DNA of 64,000 nucleotides from Oculina patagonica (Eukaryota): NCBI RefSeq assembly GCF_052425735.1, contig NC_135763.1, positions 3,472,001 to 3,536,000 of the forward strand, read 5' to 3'. Shown piece by piece: positions 13,431 to 26,839 of this stretch (position 1 is its first letter; each line of letters starts with the position of its first letter). The notes under the pieces were generated by a model. It saw only the letters and a program-made list of their open reading frames with translations, ran no database searches and was not told where the DNA came from. The position numbers and the translations under genes were made by a program.

Positions 13431-14661
13431 CTAGCAAACACCACAGGTTTTAGGACAATTCATGATTGTTGCGTACGGGTTGGTATGGCAGTGTTCAGTC
13501 AGGTCAGAGCAGTACCATACGTGGTCCTTACAGGGATCTATATAAAAATTAAACAAATCAAACTAAGACGTACTAGTAAACAGAGAGGGAAGAACGCTGC
13601 TTTTAAGGGAGGCTGAACTTCACGGGCTTGTTCGCCGACCTGTATTCTACACAATCGCAAGCAAAACCTTTCATAGCATTCCAATTTAATCCTCAGGTGA
13701 AACTTAGCCAAAGTCTACTTTTTACGCCTCAAGTGACAGTATATAGAATTGAATGTGAAAAGGGTAGATTATATATAGTCTTTGCTTACCGCAATCGACT
13801 TCACAGGCTTTCGGGCATGTTGTTAACATGGCATACGGGTTGTTGTGACATTCATGATTGCTTGCCCAGTCCTCGCAATCTGGATGCTTATCATAGCATC
13901 CACCTAGTAAAGAATAAATCGTTCGCATCAGTGATATTAATGGTTTCGTTTGTAATCTTCACGTCTTTAAAACCAAAATTCTTAACTCTAACCTGTGGAT
14001 ATACAGCACAGTGTATGACCACAAGGAAACTAAGAATTCCAAATGACTGCTACAACACTAAACCTGTTAATTCAGTCAGATTTTTTTCTTTTCCCAGCCG
14101 TGGTGCAGTTTAAAAATATTTAAAGTGAGTCTCTCAACTTCATTCTGAACTTATGGCATTGTAAATGCACAAACAGATAATACTGGGCTATTAGCAATAA
14201 TTTTTTTGTAGTTATCTCTAGATTTGTTGCGGTCGAGAATAATAATAACTCCAAGATAAAGTTAAAGAAAAGTTGAGTATTAAAATAATTTTTCTTGTTC
14301 CTCTTCTAATTAATCCTTTTTGTAAAGCCACCAAGTTTATAGGAATCCATACCTGCACCTGTAAAAACAAACAAAAAAATAAAATAAGCGACAATGAAAA
14401 TGGAATTCCTAATCTGGATCTTCTCAAAATTTTAATGATTAACTTATACTTTTCAACAACTAAATGTTATCGTTTTTGTTTTCTTTGCTAGTGGACGCGA
14501 GCGTAGGTGCGCGCGAGTGCGTGTGCGTGTTGGTGTGCATGTGCGTGTGCGCGCGAGTGTGAGAGTGCGTGTGTGAACGCGCGTGCGTGTGTTTTGGTAT
14601 ACTTACAATATCCAATTCCGCAGACCAGCACCAACAGCAAAATTCCGCACTTGAAAGACAT
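13431..14661 (-). CDS. Secreted two-ShKT-domain peptide, copy A (93 aa)
   Basis: Exons 14607-14661 (signal peptide MSFKCGILLLVLVCGIGY), 14353-14358 (6-nt microexon), 13790-13903 (GGCYDKHPDCEDWASNHECHNNPYAMLTTCPKACEVDC) and 13431-13537 (DPCKDHVWYCSDLTEHCHTNPYATIMNCPKTCGVC*). All introns are phase 1, GT-AG. 3'UTR intron 12987-13409; AATAAA at 12869-12874 (-). Confidence 0.9.
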
Positions 14662-15399
14662 GACTGTCAAATGGAAAAAATAAGAGACAGAAACACAAGA
14701 TTAGTTTCAGTAAGCTGTTGACGGTAAAGAGCTGAGATTCAATGGAAGGCTCTTTAACAAGCGGAGGAAATTCTTTTAGCGAGAAGCTCTCAAGGAAGAG
14801 AAAGGAGGGGTAAAGCAAAGAAGAGGAACACAACCAGGACAAAATGTTGTCGAAGGTCTTTTACCTACTTGCATGATACTTGAGCCGTTACCTTATATGA
14901 AAAGAGATCGAGACTGAAGGTACGTCACCCACATCAACAATCGAGAACTGAGATCTAGGTACTGCGACTTACTTTGTCTTAACATTTCAGATATTGCAAA
15001 ACATAAGCTGTTAGAAACTCGGTCATTTGGGTATTTTGTACTTTGTAGAATGCGTCTATATAAAGGAATAAAGCTTCGTCCATCCTCATGTTTGGTATTG
15101 GTTTATGCTCTAAGAGGTACTACATCACGCAGTCGTTATATCTTATAAACATAATAAAAACGCAATTACTTTCTGCAATGCACTTTTCGTGATCACTTAC
15201 TTCTTTGATGAAACTCTTCGGCGACAAGTCAGACCTCCGTTACTTGTTGGTTCTCTGTTGAGAATGAAATTTGATCTTTGGCGTTCTCTCTTTTAAGGGG
15301 TCCTAATTAGAAAAATAAAACTGACAGTTTACAGTTGTCAGTTCACAGCTAACAAATGACAAAAGCGGTCACTAAGCATAGCTTTCTGAAGAGCCTAAA

Positions 15400-16497
15400 A
15401 TAGGACATGCCTAGTGACGTTTCTCTATTAATGAGCAGAACTTTTCACCGCTAGAATATTGCTTAGAAACAGCGCATGCCTAGTGGCGTTTCTCGATCAC
15501 TGAGCAAAGCTTGTTTGCGCGGAATATTGCATAAAAACAGCGCAAGCTTAGCGGCGTTTCTCTCTTATTGAGCAGAACTCTCCACCGCTAGAATATTGCA
15601 TAGAAACAGCGCATGCCTAGTGGCGTTTCTCGATCACTGAGCAAAGCTTGTTTGCGCCGAATATTGCATAAAAACAGCGCAAGCTTAGCGGCGTTTCTCT
15701 CTTATTGAGCAGAACTCTCCACCGCTAGAATATTGCATAGAAACAGCGCATGCCTAGTGGCGTTTCTCTCTTATTGAGCAGAACTTTCCACCGCTAGAAT
15801 ATTGCTTAGAAACAGCGAATGCCTAGTAGCGTTTCTCTATTAATGAGCAGAACTTCCCACCGCTAGAATATTGCTTAGAAACAGCGCATGCCTAGTGGCG
15901 TTTCTCTCTTATTGAGCAGAACTTTCCACCGCTAGAATATTGCTTAGAAACAGCGAATGCCTTGTGGCGTTTCTCTCTTGTTGAGCAGAACTTTCCACCG
16001 CTAGAATATTGCTTAGAAACAGCGCATGCCTAGTGGCGTTTCTCTCTTGTTGAGCAGAACTTTCCACCGCTAGAATATTGCTTAGAAACAGCGCATGCCT
16101 AGTGGCGTTTCTCTCTTGTTGAGCAGAACTTCCCACCGCTAGAATATTGCTTAGAAACAGCGAATGCCTAGTAGCGTTTCTCTATTAATGAGCAGAACTT
16201 CCCACCGCTAGAATATTGCTTAGAAACAGCGCATGCCTAGTGGCGTTTCTCTATTAATTAGCAGAGATTTCAAGTGGCAGAATATTGATAGAAACAACAC
16301 AACTTAGCGGCGTTTCTCTCTTATTGAGCAGAACTTTTCATCGCTAGAATATAGTGGCGTTTCTCTATCTTTAAGCAGAGCTTGCTAGCGCAGAATATTG
16401 CATAGACACAGGACAAGCTTAGCGGCGTTTCTTTTTTTATTGAGCAGAGCTTAATAGCGCCAGAATATTGCATAAGAACAGCGCATGCCTAGTGGCG
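15400..16497. repeat. 69-bp tandem satellite, ~16 units
   Basis: Unit GAGCAGAACTTTCCACCGCTAGAATATTGCTTAGAAACAGCGCATGCCTAGTGGCGTTTCTCTCTTATT, with variants. Confidence 0.95.
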
Positions 16498-17008
16498 AGA
16501 GTTTTCTAAATTAATATTTTCTTGAATTAAAATCAGGGGAGCTGAAAGACAAAAAAAAAATAATTATCAGATAAATGTTAACGAAATCAAAAACTATATA
16601 CACAGGAAGAGTTTAATGACTAACAACTATTTCCACATTTCCGATTTCGCAACTTTACGTTCATTTTGTTTTTCATTTAATTTAACAGTAGGGGAACCAA
16701 GCACATTTACATAAAATATTTCGATATTTCAGTTCACGATACCTAGGATTAAACGTAAATTACAAGGAAGAAAAAACATGCACAAAATACTAGAAATTCT
16801 GAAAAGCAGCAGCAACGAGAAATTAACACAAAACTAAAGCCGGGCAGTCGACAGTTGATCAGTTGATCGTGCGATCACTGAGCGGAGCTCGCTAGCGCCA
16901 GAATAAAAGTACTTTTAAAAAATGCATGCCTAGCGGCGTTTCTCTATAAAAGGGAGAATTCAGTGTTTAAATTAAATTCTCTTTAGAAATTAAAAACACA
17001 GTGGAGCT

Positions 17009-17199
17009 AAGCCTGCGTGGCCGGCGTTCAAAGGGGAAGGAGAAGGGGAGTTCGAGCGCGAAGCGCGAGGTGCGAGGAGAGAGCGCGAAGCGCGATCGGG
17101 GAAGGGGGAGAAGGTCCGATCGCGCTTCGCGCTCTCTCCTCGCACCTCACGCTCGAACTCCCCTTCTCCTTCCCCTTTGAACGCCGGCCACGCAGGCTA
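17009..17199. mobile_element. Foldback MITE with 9-bp target-site duplication (AGTGGAGCT)
   Basis: Near-perfect palindrome AGCCTGCGTGGCCGGCG...CGCCGGCCACGCAGGCT; duplicated at 21737-21927. Confidence 0.85.
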
Positions 17200-18891
17200 A
17201 GTGGAGCTCAAAAACTAGAAACTACTACTTATCAGATAAATGTAACCACACGTAAAATTGTACAGGAGCAACCATTTTTAAAACGAACTTTACGTTTGAG
17301 ATTCGAAACAACGAGGAATAATCACATTAAAATTGCTAAAAGTCGACAAAATACATGCAAATGTGCTCACTCACGTGCGATAACTGAGCAGAGCTTACTT
17401 GCTCTAGAATAAAATTGCCTAGAAACAGAGTATGCCCAGTGGCGTTTCTCTTTTAGTATGGAAGGGAGAATTCAGTCTTTAAATAAAAATTGTGGAGTTG
17501 AAAAACTAGAAATAACTACATCCCAGATAAATGTTAGCGAAACCTAAAGCTATAGAGAGAGTCAGTAAAGTGTGACAACCATTACCACATTTCTTAACTT
17601 TACGTTAATTCGTTCCGTTTTTTTTTTTTAATTAAACAAAGACGACGAAACTTCTCAGTGGGGAGGACAAGCAGATCTGTCTGTTATTGCGTGAAAAAAA
17701 AAATCGATATTTTAGTTCACAATGGGTTAGATTAAATTTAAGTTACAAAGAAAAAGCGGGACGGTATGAAAATATTGCTTGCGAAGAATAAAGAAAAGTC
17801 AAAGTGAAGTGACCAGAATTATAGGCGTCCGAGAATTAGGCAGAGATATTGTACCTGTCTACAAAGCTATCTGCATGAATATTCGAAACTGCCAATTCAT
17901 AATTATTTTCTTGTTTTCCTCAAACAGTAAAACTGTTTCGAAACGTACGTTAATTGGTTACGTGAAACAAATACTCTTATAAATCAAAACCTGCCTTGGC
18001 TTTGAGAGTTCGTAGTAGAGTAGATATATAATTTAAAATTTAGAATTAATCATGGCATTGATTTTAACCAATATTTTACCGATAGCTCGTGCACACTCCG
18101 GCAAAAAAAGCATGTATGAAACCGGCGACTGAAAAGATATAATAAGACCTTAAATTCAGGATTGCTGAAATATCGAAAATGGAATTCGAAATTAAATGCC
18201 TTTGTGACTATACACAAAGAGCCATGATGCGGTTCCAACTTGTTGTGAACAATGGCAGACTTCGAATCAGTGTGTGGTTGAAATTGGCAAGAACAATTGA
18301 TCGTTTGTCTATCTTTTTATCCATTAAACAACGTTATCAGGCGATAATTACTGATGATTTGTGTTAGTTTAAGAACCATCTTCATTTTAAGCCATCTTTT
18401 AGCAGTGTTTCGACCCATGATGAACGGGTAGTAGTTATTTGCACTCAGCGATATTCCATTGTGTCCAAAGCTCATGTATTCTTCAATACGAAGTTTGCTC
18501 TTAGAAACTCTTTTGTTTTTCGTATTTTAAATTATCCCGTCTGGGAAAAAATGAAAACTGAGAAATTGAAAATGGAAAATAAGAACGAAATTGCTGCAAG
18601 ACGTTTGCTGTATGTAAGTGCTATTCTTTGCCATTTCAAATTTATGAAGCACGATTTTTTATTAGTCACAAAGAGCATTTAATTAAAGAGCTTTAATTTC
18701 AACAACGCTGCAAAGAGAAACGGAATAACCAAAAGTGGATACTAATTTAATGTGATAACTGTTATCAGCTTGCCTATATTTTGCACACTACATACGAAGC
18801 TATTATGTATTAATATTCGTAGCCTTCTCGGCGGTAAAACGACAAGCCTAACCGCCCACTCACTCAAATTGAAGCCAAAGCACGTCAAGGT

Positions 18892-19377
18892 GGCATGTAC
18901 TAAAACCCGAAACAACGAAACGAAACCACCAAAACGAAACGACCAAAACGAACGAAACCACTGAAACGAGCGAAACAAAACCGCCGAAACAACCGAAACA
19001 GCCGAAACAAGCGAAACGAAACTAAGTCACCAAAACAAACAAAACCCATTACAATAATTGAGAGCTAACCGTAAACAGGCTAACCGGAGTGCATAGTAGG
19101 CTAACCTAAGTGAAAAGTAGGCAAACTGGAGTGTGTAGTAGGCTAACAGGAGTGTATAGTAGGCTAACCAGAGCGAATAGTAGGCTAACCGGAGTGTATA
19201 GTAGCCTAAACTGAGTGTATAGTACGGTAGGTGGCGAAATATTGAAGTTCTGCTTGTTTCGGTAATTTTGTTTCGTTTCGCTCGTTTCGACCGTTTCGGT
19301 TGTTTCGGCGGTTTCGTTTCGCTCGTTTCGGCGGTTTCGGTGGTTTCGTTTCGTTGTTTCGGGTTTTAGTACATGCC
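18892..19377. mobile_element. Mutator-like MITE with 9-bp TSD (CGTCAAGGT)
   Basis: TIR GGCATGTACTAAAACCCGAAAC, CGAAA subrepeats, internal TAGGCTAACC repeats; duplicated at 23619-24104. Confidence 0.85.
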
Positions 19378-20268
19378 CGTCAAGGTTCGGTAAACTTTTA
19401 TAAAAAATCAATAAGCACTCACTTGAAAGTCCACACGAGATTAAAAACGTTACGTACCTGAGATAATTTGACTTTTCTTTTCAACCAGAGTGCTCGTAAT
19501 ATTTGCTTTTCCGTAGTTTTGCCTGACCCTTGTATAGCTAGTGAAAATATGTGTATAATTTTACAAACGGGCTTTCGACGCAAAAATAAGCCCTTCGATT
19601 CTGTCTGTTCGTGATACAAACTACATGAATTGATTAAAAAAGGAAAGCAAAGAAAGGCCCTTTTTTAGCGCTGATTTTGTCTATGTAGCACGAGATAACA
19701 CAGATCGAAACTTCACTTGGCTCTGAGAGTTTTACTAACCGTACCCAGAGGAAGAACGCTTCAGTCGCGGTACGGTGCGAATTGAAACGAAAGCCCTCCT
19801 AGAATCCGCCACGATCTCCAGGTTACGAAACGAGTGTAACGGCTGTGAATAATCATTTTGCACGGGACCAAATAAAATAAGAATTTGCGATGCAACGCAA
19901 CAAAAAGGCAATCGATGATAATAATATAAAGAGAGTAGCGTTGTAATTTAATTCGTGTTCAGGGTTAAGGACAAAATAACGTTTTATTGACTAAACAGCA
20001 AAAAGCTATTCCTTAATGGCTGAAACATTTTTCAATAAATGTGACCGCATTTAAAAAAAAAACTTGGAAAGCGTAGTTAAAATTGGGGAATAACCATCGC
20101 TTAAGCTATATTTATGGTTTATTTGTACAAACCACATTATCGAGATGATATGTTATGTGACAATGATACGATGTATAATAAATAATTTGTGTTCCCTTAA
20201 CGTTCTTAATTATAATGATGACGCGTGTTGTGGCTATACACGCTCAGTGATATTCCATTGTGTGCAGT

Positions 20269-20768
20269 NNNNNNNNNNNNNNNNNNNNNNNNNNNNNNNN
20301 NNNNNNNNNNNNNNNNNNNNNNNNNNNNNNNNNNNNNNNNNNNNNNNNNNNNNNNNNNNNNNNNNNNNNNNNNNNNNNNNNNNNNNNNNNNNNNNNNNNN
20401 NNNNNNNNNNNNNNNNNNNNNNNNNNNNNNNNNNNNNNNNNNNNNNNNNNNNNNNNNNNNNNNNNNNNNNNNNNNNNNNNNNNNNNNNNNNNNNNNNNNN
20501 NNNNNNNNNNNNNNNNNNNNNNNNNNNNNNNNNNNNNNNNNNNNNNNNNNNNNNNNNNNNNNNNNNNNNNNNNNNNNNNNNNNNNNNNNNNNNNNNNNNN
20601 NNNNNNNNNNNNNNNNNNNNNNNNNNNNNNNNNNNNNNNNNNNNNNNNNNNNNNNNNNNNNNNNNNNNNNNNNNNNNNNNNNNNNNNNNNNNNNNNNNNN
20701 NNNNNNNNNNNNNNNNNNNNNNNNNNNNNNNNNNNNNNNNNNNNNNNNNNNNNNNNNNNNNNNNNNNN
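20269..20768. other. Assembly gap (500 N)
   Basis: Run of N. Confidence 1.
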
Positions 20769-21225
20769 TCTCTCTTGTTGAGCAGAACTTTCCACCGCTA
20801 GAATATTGCTTAGAAACAGCGCATGCCTAGTGGCGTTTCTCTCTTGTTGAGCAGAACTTCCCACCGCTAGAATATTGCTTAGAAACAGCGAATGCCTAGT
20901 AGCGTTTCTCTATTAATGAGCAGAACTTCCCACCGCTAGAATATTGCTTAGAAACAGCGCATGCCTAGTGGCGTTTCTCTATTAATTAGCAGAGATTTCA
21001 AGTGGCAGAATATTGATAGAAACAACACAACTTAGCGGCGTTTCTCTCTTATTGAGCAGAACTTTTCATCGCTAGAATATAGTGGCGTTTCTCTATCTTT
21101 AAGCAGAGCTTGCTAGCGCAGAATATTGCATAGACACAGGACAAGCTTAGCGGCGTTTCTTTTTTTATTGAGCAGAGCTTAATAGCGCCAGAATATTGCA
21201 TAAGAACAGCGCATGCCTAGTGGCG
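20769..21225. repeat. 69-bp satellite (duplicate of 16041-16497)
   Basis: Identical sequence immediately after the N gap. Confidence 0.9.
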
Positions 21226-24200
21226 AGAGTTTTCTAAATTAATATTTTCTTGAATTAAAATCAGGGGAGCTGAAAGACAAAAAAAAAATAATTATCAGAT
21301 AAATGTTAACGAAATCAAAAACTATATACACAGGAAGAGTTTAATGACTAACAACTATTTCCACATTTCCGATTTCGCAACTTTACGTTCATTTTGTTTT
21401 TCATTTAATTTAACAGTAGGGGAACCAAGCACATTTACATAAAATATTTCGATATTTCAGTTCACGATACCTAGGATTAAACGTAAATTACAAGGAAGAA
21501 AAAACATGCACAAAATACTAGAAATTCTGAAAAGCAGCAGCAACGAGAAATTAACACAAAACTAAAGCCGGGCAGTCGACAGTTGATCAGTTGATCGTGC
21601 GATCACTGAGCGGAGCTCGCTAGCGCCAGAATAAAAGTACTTTTAAAAAATGCATGCCTAGCGGCGTTTCTCTATAAAAGGGAGAATTCAGTGTTTAAAT
21701 TAAATTCTCTTTAGAAATTAAAAACACAGTGGAGCTAAGCCTGCGTGGCCGGCGTTCAAAGGGGAAGGAGAAGGGGAGTTCGAGCGCGAAGCGCGAGGTG
21801 CGAGGAGAGAGCGCGAAGCGCGATCGGGGAAGGGGGAGAAGGTCCGATCGCGCTTCGCGCTCTCTCCTCGCACCTCACGCTCGAACTCCCCTTCTCCTTC
21901 CCCTTTGAACGCCGGCCACGCAGGCTAAGTGGAGCTCAAAAACTAGAAACTACTACTTATCAGATAAATGTAACCACACGTAAAATTGTACAGGAGCAAC
22001 CATTTTTAAAACGAACTTTACGTTTGAGATTCGAAACAACGAGGAATAATCACATTAAAATTGCTAAAAGTCGACAAAATACATGCAAATGTGCTCACTC
22101 ACGTGCGATAACTGAGCAGAGCTTACTTGCTCTAGAATAAAATTGCCTAGAAACAGAGTATGCCCAGTGGCGTTTCTCTTTTAGTATGGAAGGGAGAATT
22201 CAGTCTTTAAATAAAAATTGTGGAGTTGAAAAACTAGAAATAACTACATCCCAGATAAATGTTAGCGAAACCTAAAGCTATAGAGAGAGTCAGTAAAGTG
22301 TGACAACCATTACCACATTTCTTAACTTTACGTTAATTCGTTCCGTTTTTTTTTTTAATTAAACAAAGACGACGAAACTTCTCAGTGGGGAGGACAAGCA
22401 GATCTGTCTGTTATTGCGTGAAAAAAAAAATCGATATTTTAGTTCACAATGGGTTAGATTAAATTTAAGTTACAAAGAAAAAGCGGGACGGTATGAAAAT
22501 ATTGCTTGCGAAGAATAAAGAAAAGTCAAAGTGAAGTGACCAGAATTATAGGCGTCCGAGAATTAGGCAGAGATATTGTACCTGTCTACAAAGCTATCTG
22601 CATGAATATTCGAAACTGCCAATTCATAATTATTTTCTTGTTTTCCTCAAACAGTAAAACTGTTTCGAAACGTACGTTAATTGGTTACGTGAAACAAATA
22701 CTCTTATAAATCAAAACCTGCCTTGGCTTTGAGAGTTCGTAGTAGAGTAGATATATAATTTAAAATTTAGAATTAATCATGGCATTGATTTTAACCAATA
22801 TTTTACCGATAGCTCGTGCACACTCCGGCAAAAAAAGCATGTATGAAACCGGCGACTGAAAAGATATAATAAGACCTTAAATTCAGGATTGCTGAAATAT
22901 CGAAAATGGAATTCGAAATTAAATGCCTTTGTGACTATACACAAAGAGCCATGATGCGGTTCCAACTTGTTGTGAACAATGGCAGACTTCGAATCAGTGT
23001 GTGGTTGAAATTGGCAAGAACAATTGATCGTTTGTCTATCTTTTTATCCATTAAACAACGTTATCAGGCGATAATTACTGATGATTTGTGTTAGTTTAAG
23101 AACCATCTTCATTTTAAGCCATCTTTTAGCAGTGTTTCGACCCATGATGAACGGGTAGTAGTTATTTGCACTCAGCGATATTCCATTGTGTCCAAAGCTC
23201 ATGTATTCTTCAATACGAAGTTTGCTCTTAGAAACTCTTTTGTTTTTCGTATTTTAAATTATCCCGTCTGGGAAAAAATGAAAACTGAGAAATTGAAAAT
23301 GGAAAATAAGAACGAAATTGCTGCAAGACGTTTGCTGTATGTAAGTGCTATTCTTTGCCATTTCAAATTTATGAAGCACGATTTTTTATTAGTCACAAAG
23401 AGCATTTAATTAAAGAGCTTTAATTTCAACAACGCTGCAAAGAGAAACGGAATAACCAAAAGTGGATACTAATTTAATGTGATAACTGTTATCAGCTTGC
23501 CTATATTTTGCACACTACATACGAAGCTATTATGTATTAATATTCGTAGCCTTCTCGGCGGTAAAACGACAAGCCTAACCGCCCACTCACTCAAATTGAA
23601 GCCAAAGCACGTCAAGGTGGCATGTACTAAAACCCGAAACAACGAAACGAAACCACCAAAACGAAACGACCAAAACGAACGAAACCACTGAAACGAGCGA
23701 AACAAAACCGCCGAAACAACCGAAACAGCCGAAACAAGCGAAACGAAACTAAGTCACCAAAACAAACAAAACCCATTACAATAATTGAGAGCTAACCGTA
23801 AACAGGCTAACCGGAGTGCATAGTAGGCTAACCTAAGTGAAAAGTAGGCAAACTGGAGTGTGTAGTAGGCTAACAGGAGTGTATAGTAGGCTAACCAGAG
23901 CGAATAGTAGGCTAACCGGAGTGTATAGTAGCCTAAACTGAGTGTATAGTACGGTAGGTGGCGAAATATTGAAGTTCTGCTTGTTTCGGTAATTTTGTTT
24001 CGTTTCGCTCGTTTCGACCGTTTCGGTTGTTTCGGCGGTTTCGTTTCGCTCGTTTCGGCGGTTTCGGTGGTTTCGTTTCGTTGTTTCGGGTTTTAGTACA
24101 TGCCCGTCAAGGTTCGGTAAACTTTTATAAAAAATCAATAAGCACTCACTTGAAAGTCCACACGAGATTAAAAACGTTACGTACCTGAGATAATTTGACT

Positions 24201-24995
24201 TTTCTTTTCAACCAGAGTGCTCGTAATATTTGCTTTTCCGTAGTTTTGCCTGACCCTTGTATAGCTAGTGAAAATATGTGTATAATTTTACAAACGGGCT
24301 TTCGACGCAAAAATAAGCCCTTCGATTCTGTCTGTTCGTGATACAAACTACATGAATTGATTAAAAAAGGAAAGCAAAGAAAGGCCCTTTTTTAGCGCTG
24401 ATTTTGTCTATGTAGCACGAGATAACACAGATCGAAACTTCACTTGGCTCTGAGAGTTTTACTAACCGTACCCAGAGGAAGAACGCTTCAGTCGCGGTAC
24501 GGTGCGAATTGAAACGAAAGCCCTCCTAGAATCCGCCACGATCTCCAGGTTACGAAACGAGTGTAACGGCTGTGAATAATCATTTTGCACGGGACCAAAT
24601 AAAATAAGAATTTGCGATGCAACGCAACAAAAAGGCAATCGATGATAATAATATAAAGAGAGTAGCGTTGTAATTTAATTCGTGTTCAGGGTTAAGGACA
24701 AAATAACGTTTTATTGACTAAACAGCAAAAAGCTATTCCTTAATGGCTGAAACATTTTTCAATAAATGTGACCGCATTTAAAAAAAAAACTTGGAAAGCG
24801 TAGTTAAAATTGGGGAATAACCATCGCTTAAGCTATATTTATGGTTTATTTGTACAAACCACATTATCGAGATGATATGTTATGTGACAATGATACGATG
24901 TATAATAAATAATTTGTGTTCCCTTAACGTTCTTAATTATAATGATGACGCGTGTTGTGGCTATACACGCTCAGTGATATTCCATTGTGTGCAGT
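20769..24995. repeat. Near-identical direct duplicate of 16041-20268
   Basis: Offset 4727-4728 bp, identical ORF translations, and the only difference noticed is a homopolymer length. Confidence 0.95.
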
Positions 24996-26839
24996 CCTCA
25001 ATTCTTTTGAATTAAACCGATTTTGAATCACTTGTGGTGCCCACAAAATACTGAGGCAAAGAGCTAATAAAACTGTCAGCCAGTGAAATTCTCTCATGCT
25101 TATACTCCTACTCCAATAAAAAAATCAAGTACGAATGTGAATAATTATTTTAACTGGTGTCAAAATTCAAAATGCAAAGTGTTTTTAAAACAACCTTTCA
25201 CTTTAAAGAAACTAGAATCCACAAAAGTGATTCTAAAATGATTAGCCCGTTTGTTCTTCTGTTAAGAGCTTTACGCCCTTTATTGCCGAAGCGGGAGGCG
25301 GCAACATGAGCAGTCGCGTTTCGCACGTACAGTCGCGCTTCGTGACGCGCGTGTCACGCGCGTGTCTCGCTGGCCCTGATCTCTAGTAAAAGTCGCGTAA
25401 AATCAGATATCTCTCAGGCTGCCACAATCCTTGCACGGCCAAACGCAATCCTGTCACCTTAGTTCGTCCTTCTATACAGACATAGCTCATTGTCTTTAGC
25501 GGCTTTATCGCTCATTCATACAATTGCTTAATGTAGACAGTGACAATCAAACGAAGGTAGACGAAGGTACCCAACATGCCCAATAAATTTATTCTGTTTA
25601 TTTCTCGTTCTATGTACTCACAAGGCTGGTTTTTACTGGGCACAAGCACAAGCATAAGCGCATAAGAAGAAAGAAAATAAATGAACAACCACTATAACGG
25701 GATGAAATTTACACATTTTATCTGAAATTTGAACTCTCATCTATTTGAGACTATTTCGGGTGAGCATCAATGTCGCCGTAATTCAAATGGCAACATATCA
25801 TTTAACTTTTTTTGACTCACAAATTGAAATTTTATGTTTTCATAATCGAACTTTGAGCTGAACTTTTGACTAAGCGTTGTCAAGTTTACAGACTAACCGT
25901 TTTAGGGGAACAAAGGAGTCCCAAGAGACTCCTTCTCCCCGTAAGTTGGCACTCGGCTCTCGGAAAACCCTTATCGTGTACATGTTAACAACAGCAACAC
26001 ATTTTCAGTCGGGGGAATAAGTGCCAGTTGATGGCGACATCACTTCTCCGAGAAGTGACTGAGCCCACGGTCTTCGTCCCAGAAGTTGCGAAGCAACATG
26101 ACGTATTTACACGCGCGACGGCTGTCGGAGTACTCGTGAGCGCTCGCGCTAGTTTTTGACTGGATGAAATAATTCGGAAATTCTTTGAGTGCTTCAACGA
26201 AGATTTGCCAAAACCGGCACAAATCACGTTTTCACAAAAGAGGACGTCGCAAACTATTAGGGTGTACTTGAGAAATAGAAGTCATTTTTGCAAACACGAG
26301 TGAAGGCCAGAAGTTTTGTGATAGTTTTATGGAATTCTTGAACAAATAATCATTGTATCTCGTATTCGTCTTTCCCGGGGATTTTGAAATTAGAGATTTC
26401 TAAAGCTAGGAAATCAAGCGGAGAGTCTGGGTTAAAGGTTTTGCAAAATTAATCTTGTCTATTCTAGAAAGTATTCTTGTATCGCACCGTAACGCGATTA
26501 TAAAATCTTTAGGTTCCATGAGTGATCCAAATAAATTTTTTTCTCACAATATCAATAATTTATCAAGAGAAAAGGTTATTGAGAATGATCACCAAAGGGA
26601 AATTGGTTTGTTCTTGTTACATATTCTCCTAACGGAAGGTATAAGAAAATGTATTGAGTTCGGTCAGGAGAATTTGCCTGAGGACGTTTACTTTACTTTG
26701 AGGGTTGACAAGTTCTACTGAATTTGACGAGGTGATGGGGACTCTATGCTCGTTCTGCATTTTAGGGGTTGTAATTCAGTCTTGCCTTCGGGTGTTCCTT
26801 TCCACACCTTACAGTTGCTATATGTTATAGTACTTCTTA

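Noticed and set aside
15470-15495. GCCACTAGG in the satellite as a CTCF site
   Set aside because: Only a partial match, and CTCF is not known from cnidarians
15400-16497. Regular repeats resembling a CRISPR array, and the 23-aa-repeat ORF 15909-16136
   Set aside because: Units are head-to-tail with no unique spacers, there are no cas genes and the context is eukaryotic; the ORF is a by-product of the 69-bp period
17017-17412. 131-aa Arg-rich ORF (and copy 21745-22140)
   Set aside because: It starts inside a palindromic MITE and has no splice or homology support
20145-20864. Long ORFs across the gap
   Set aside because: They consist of N-derived X residues
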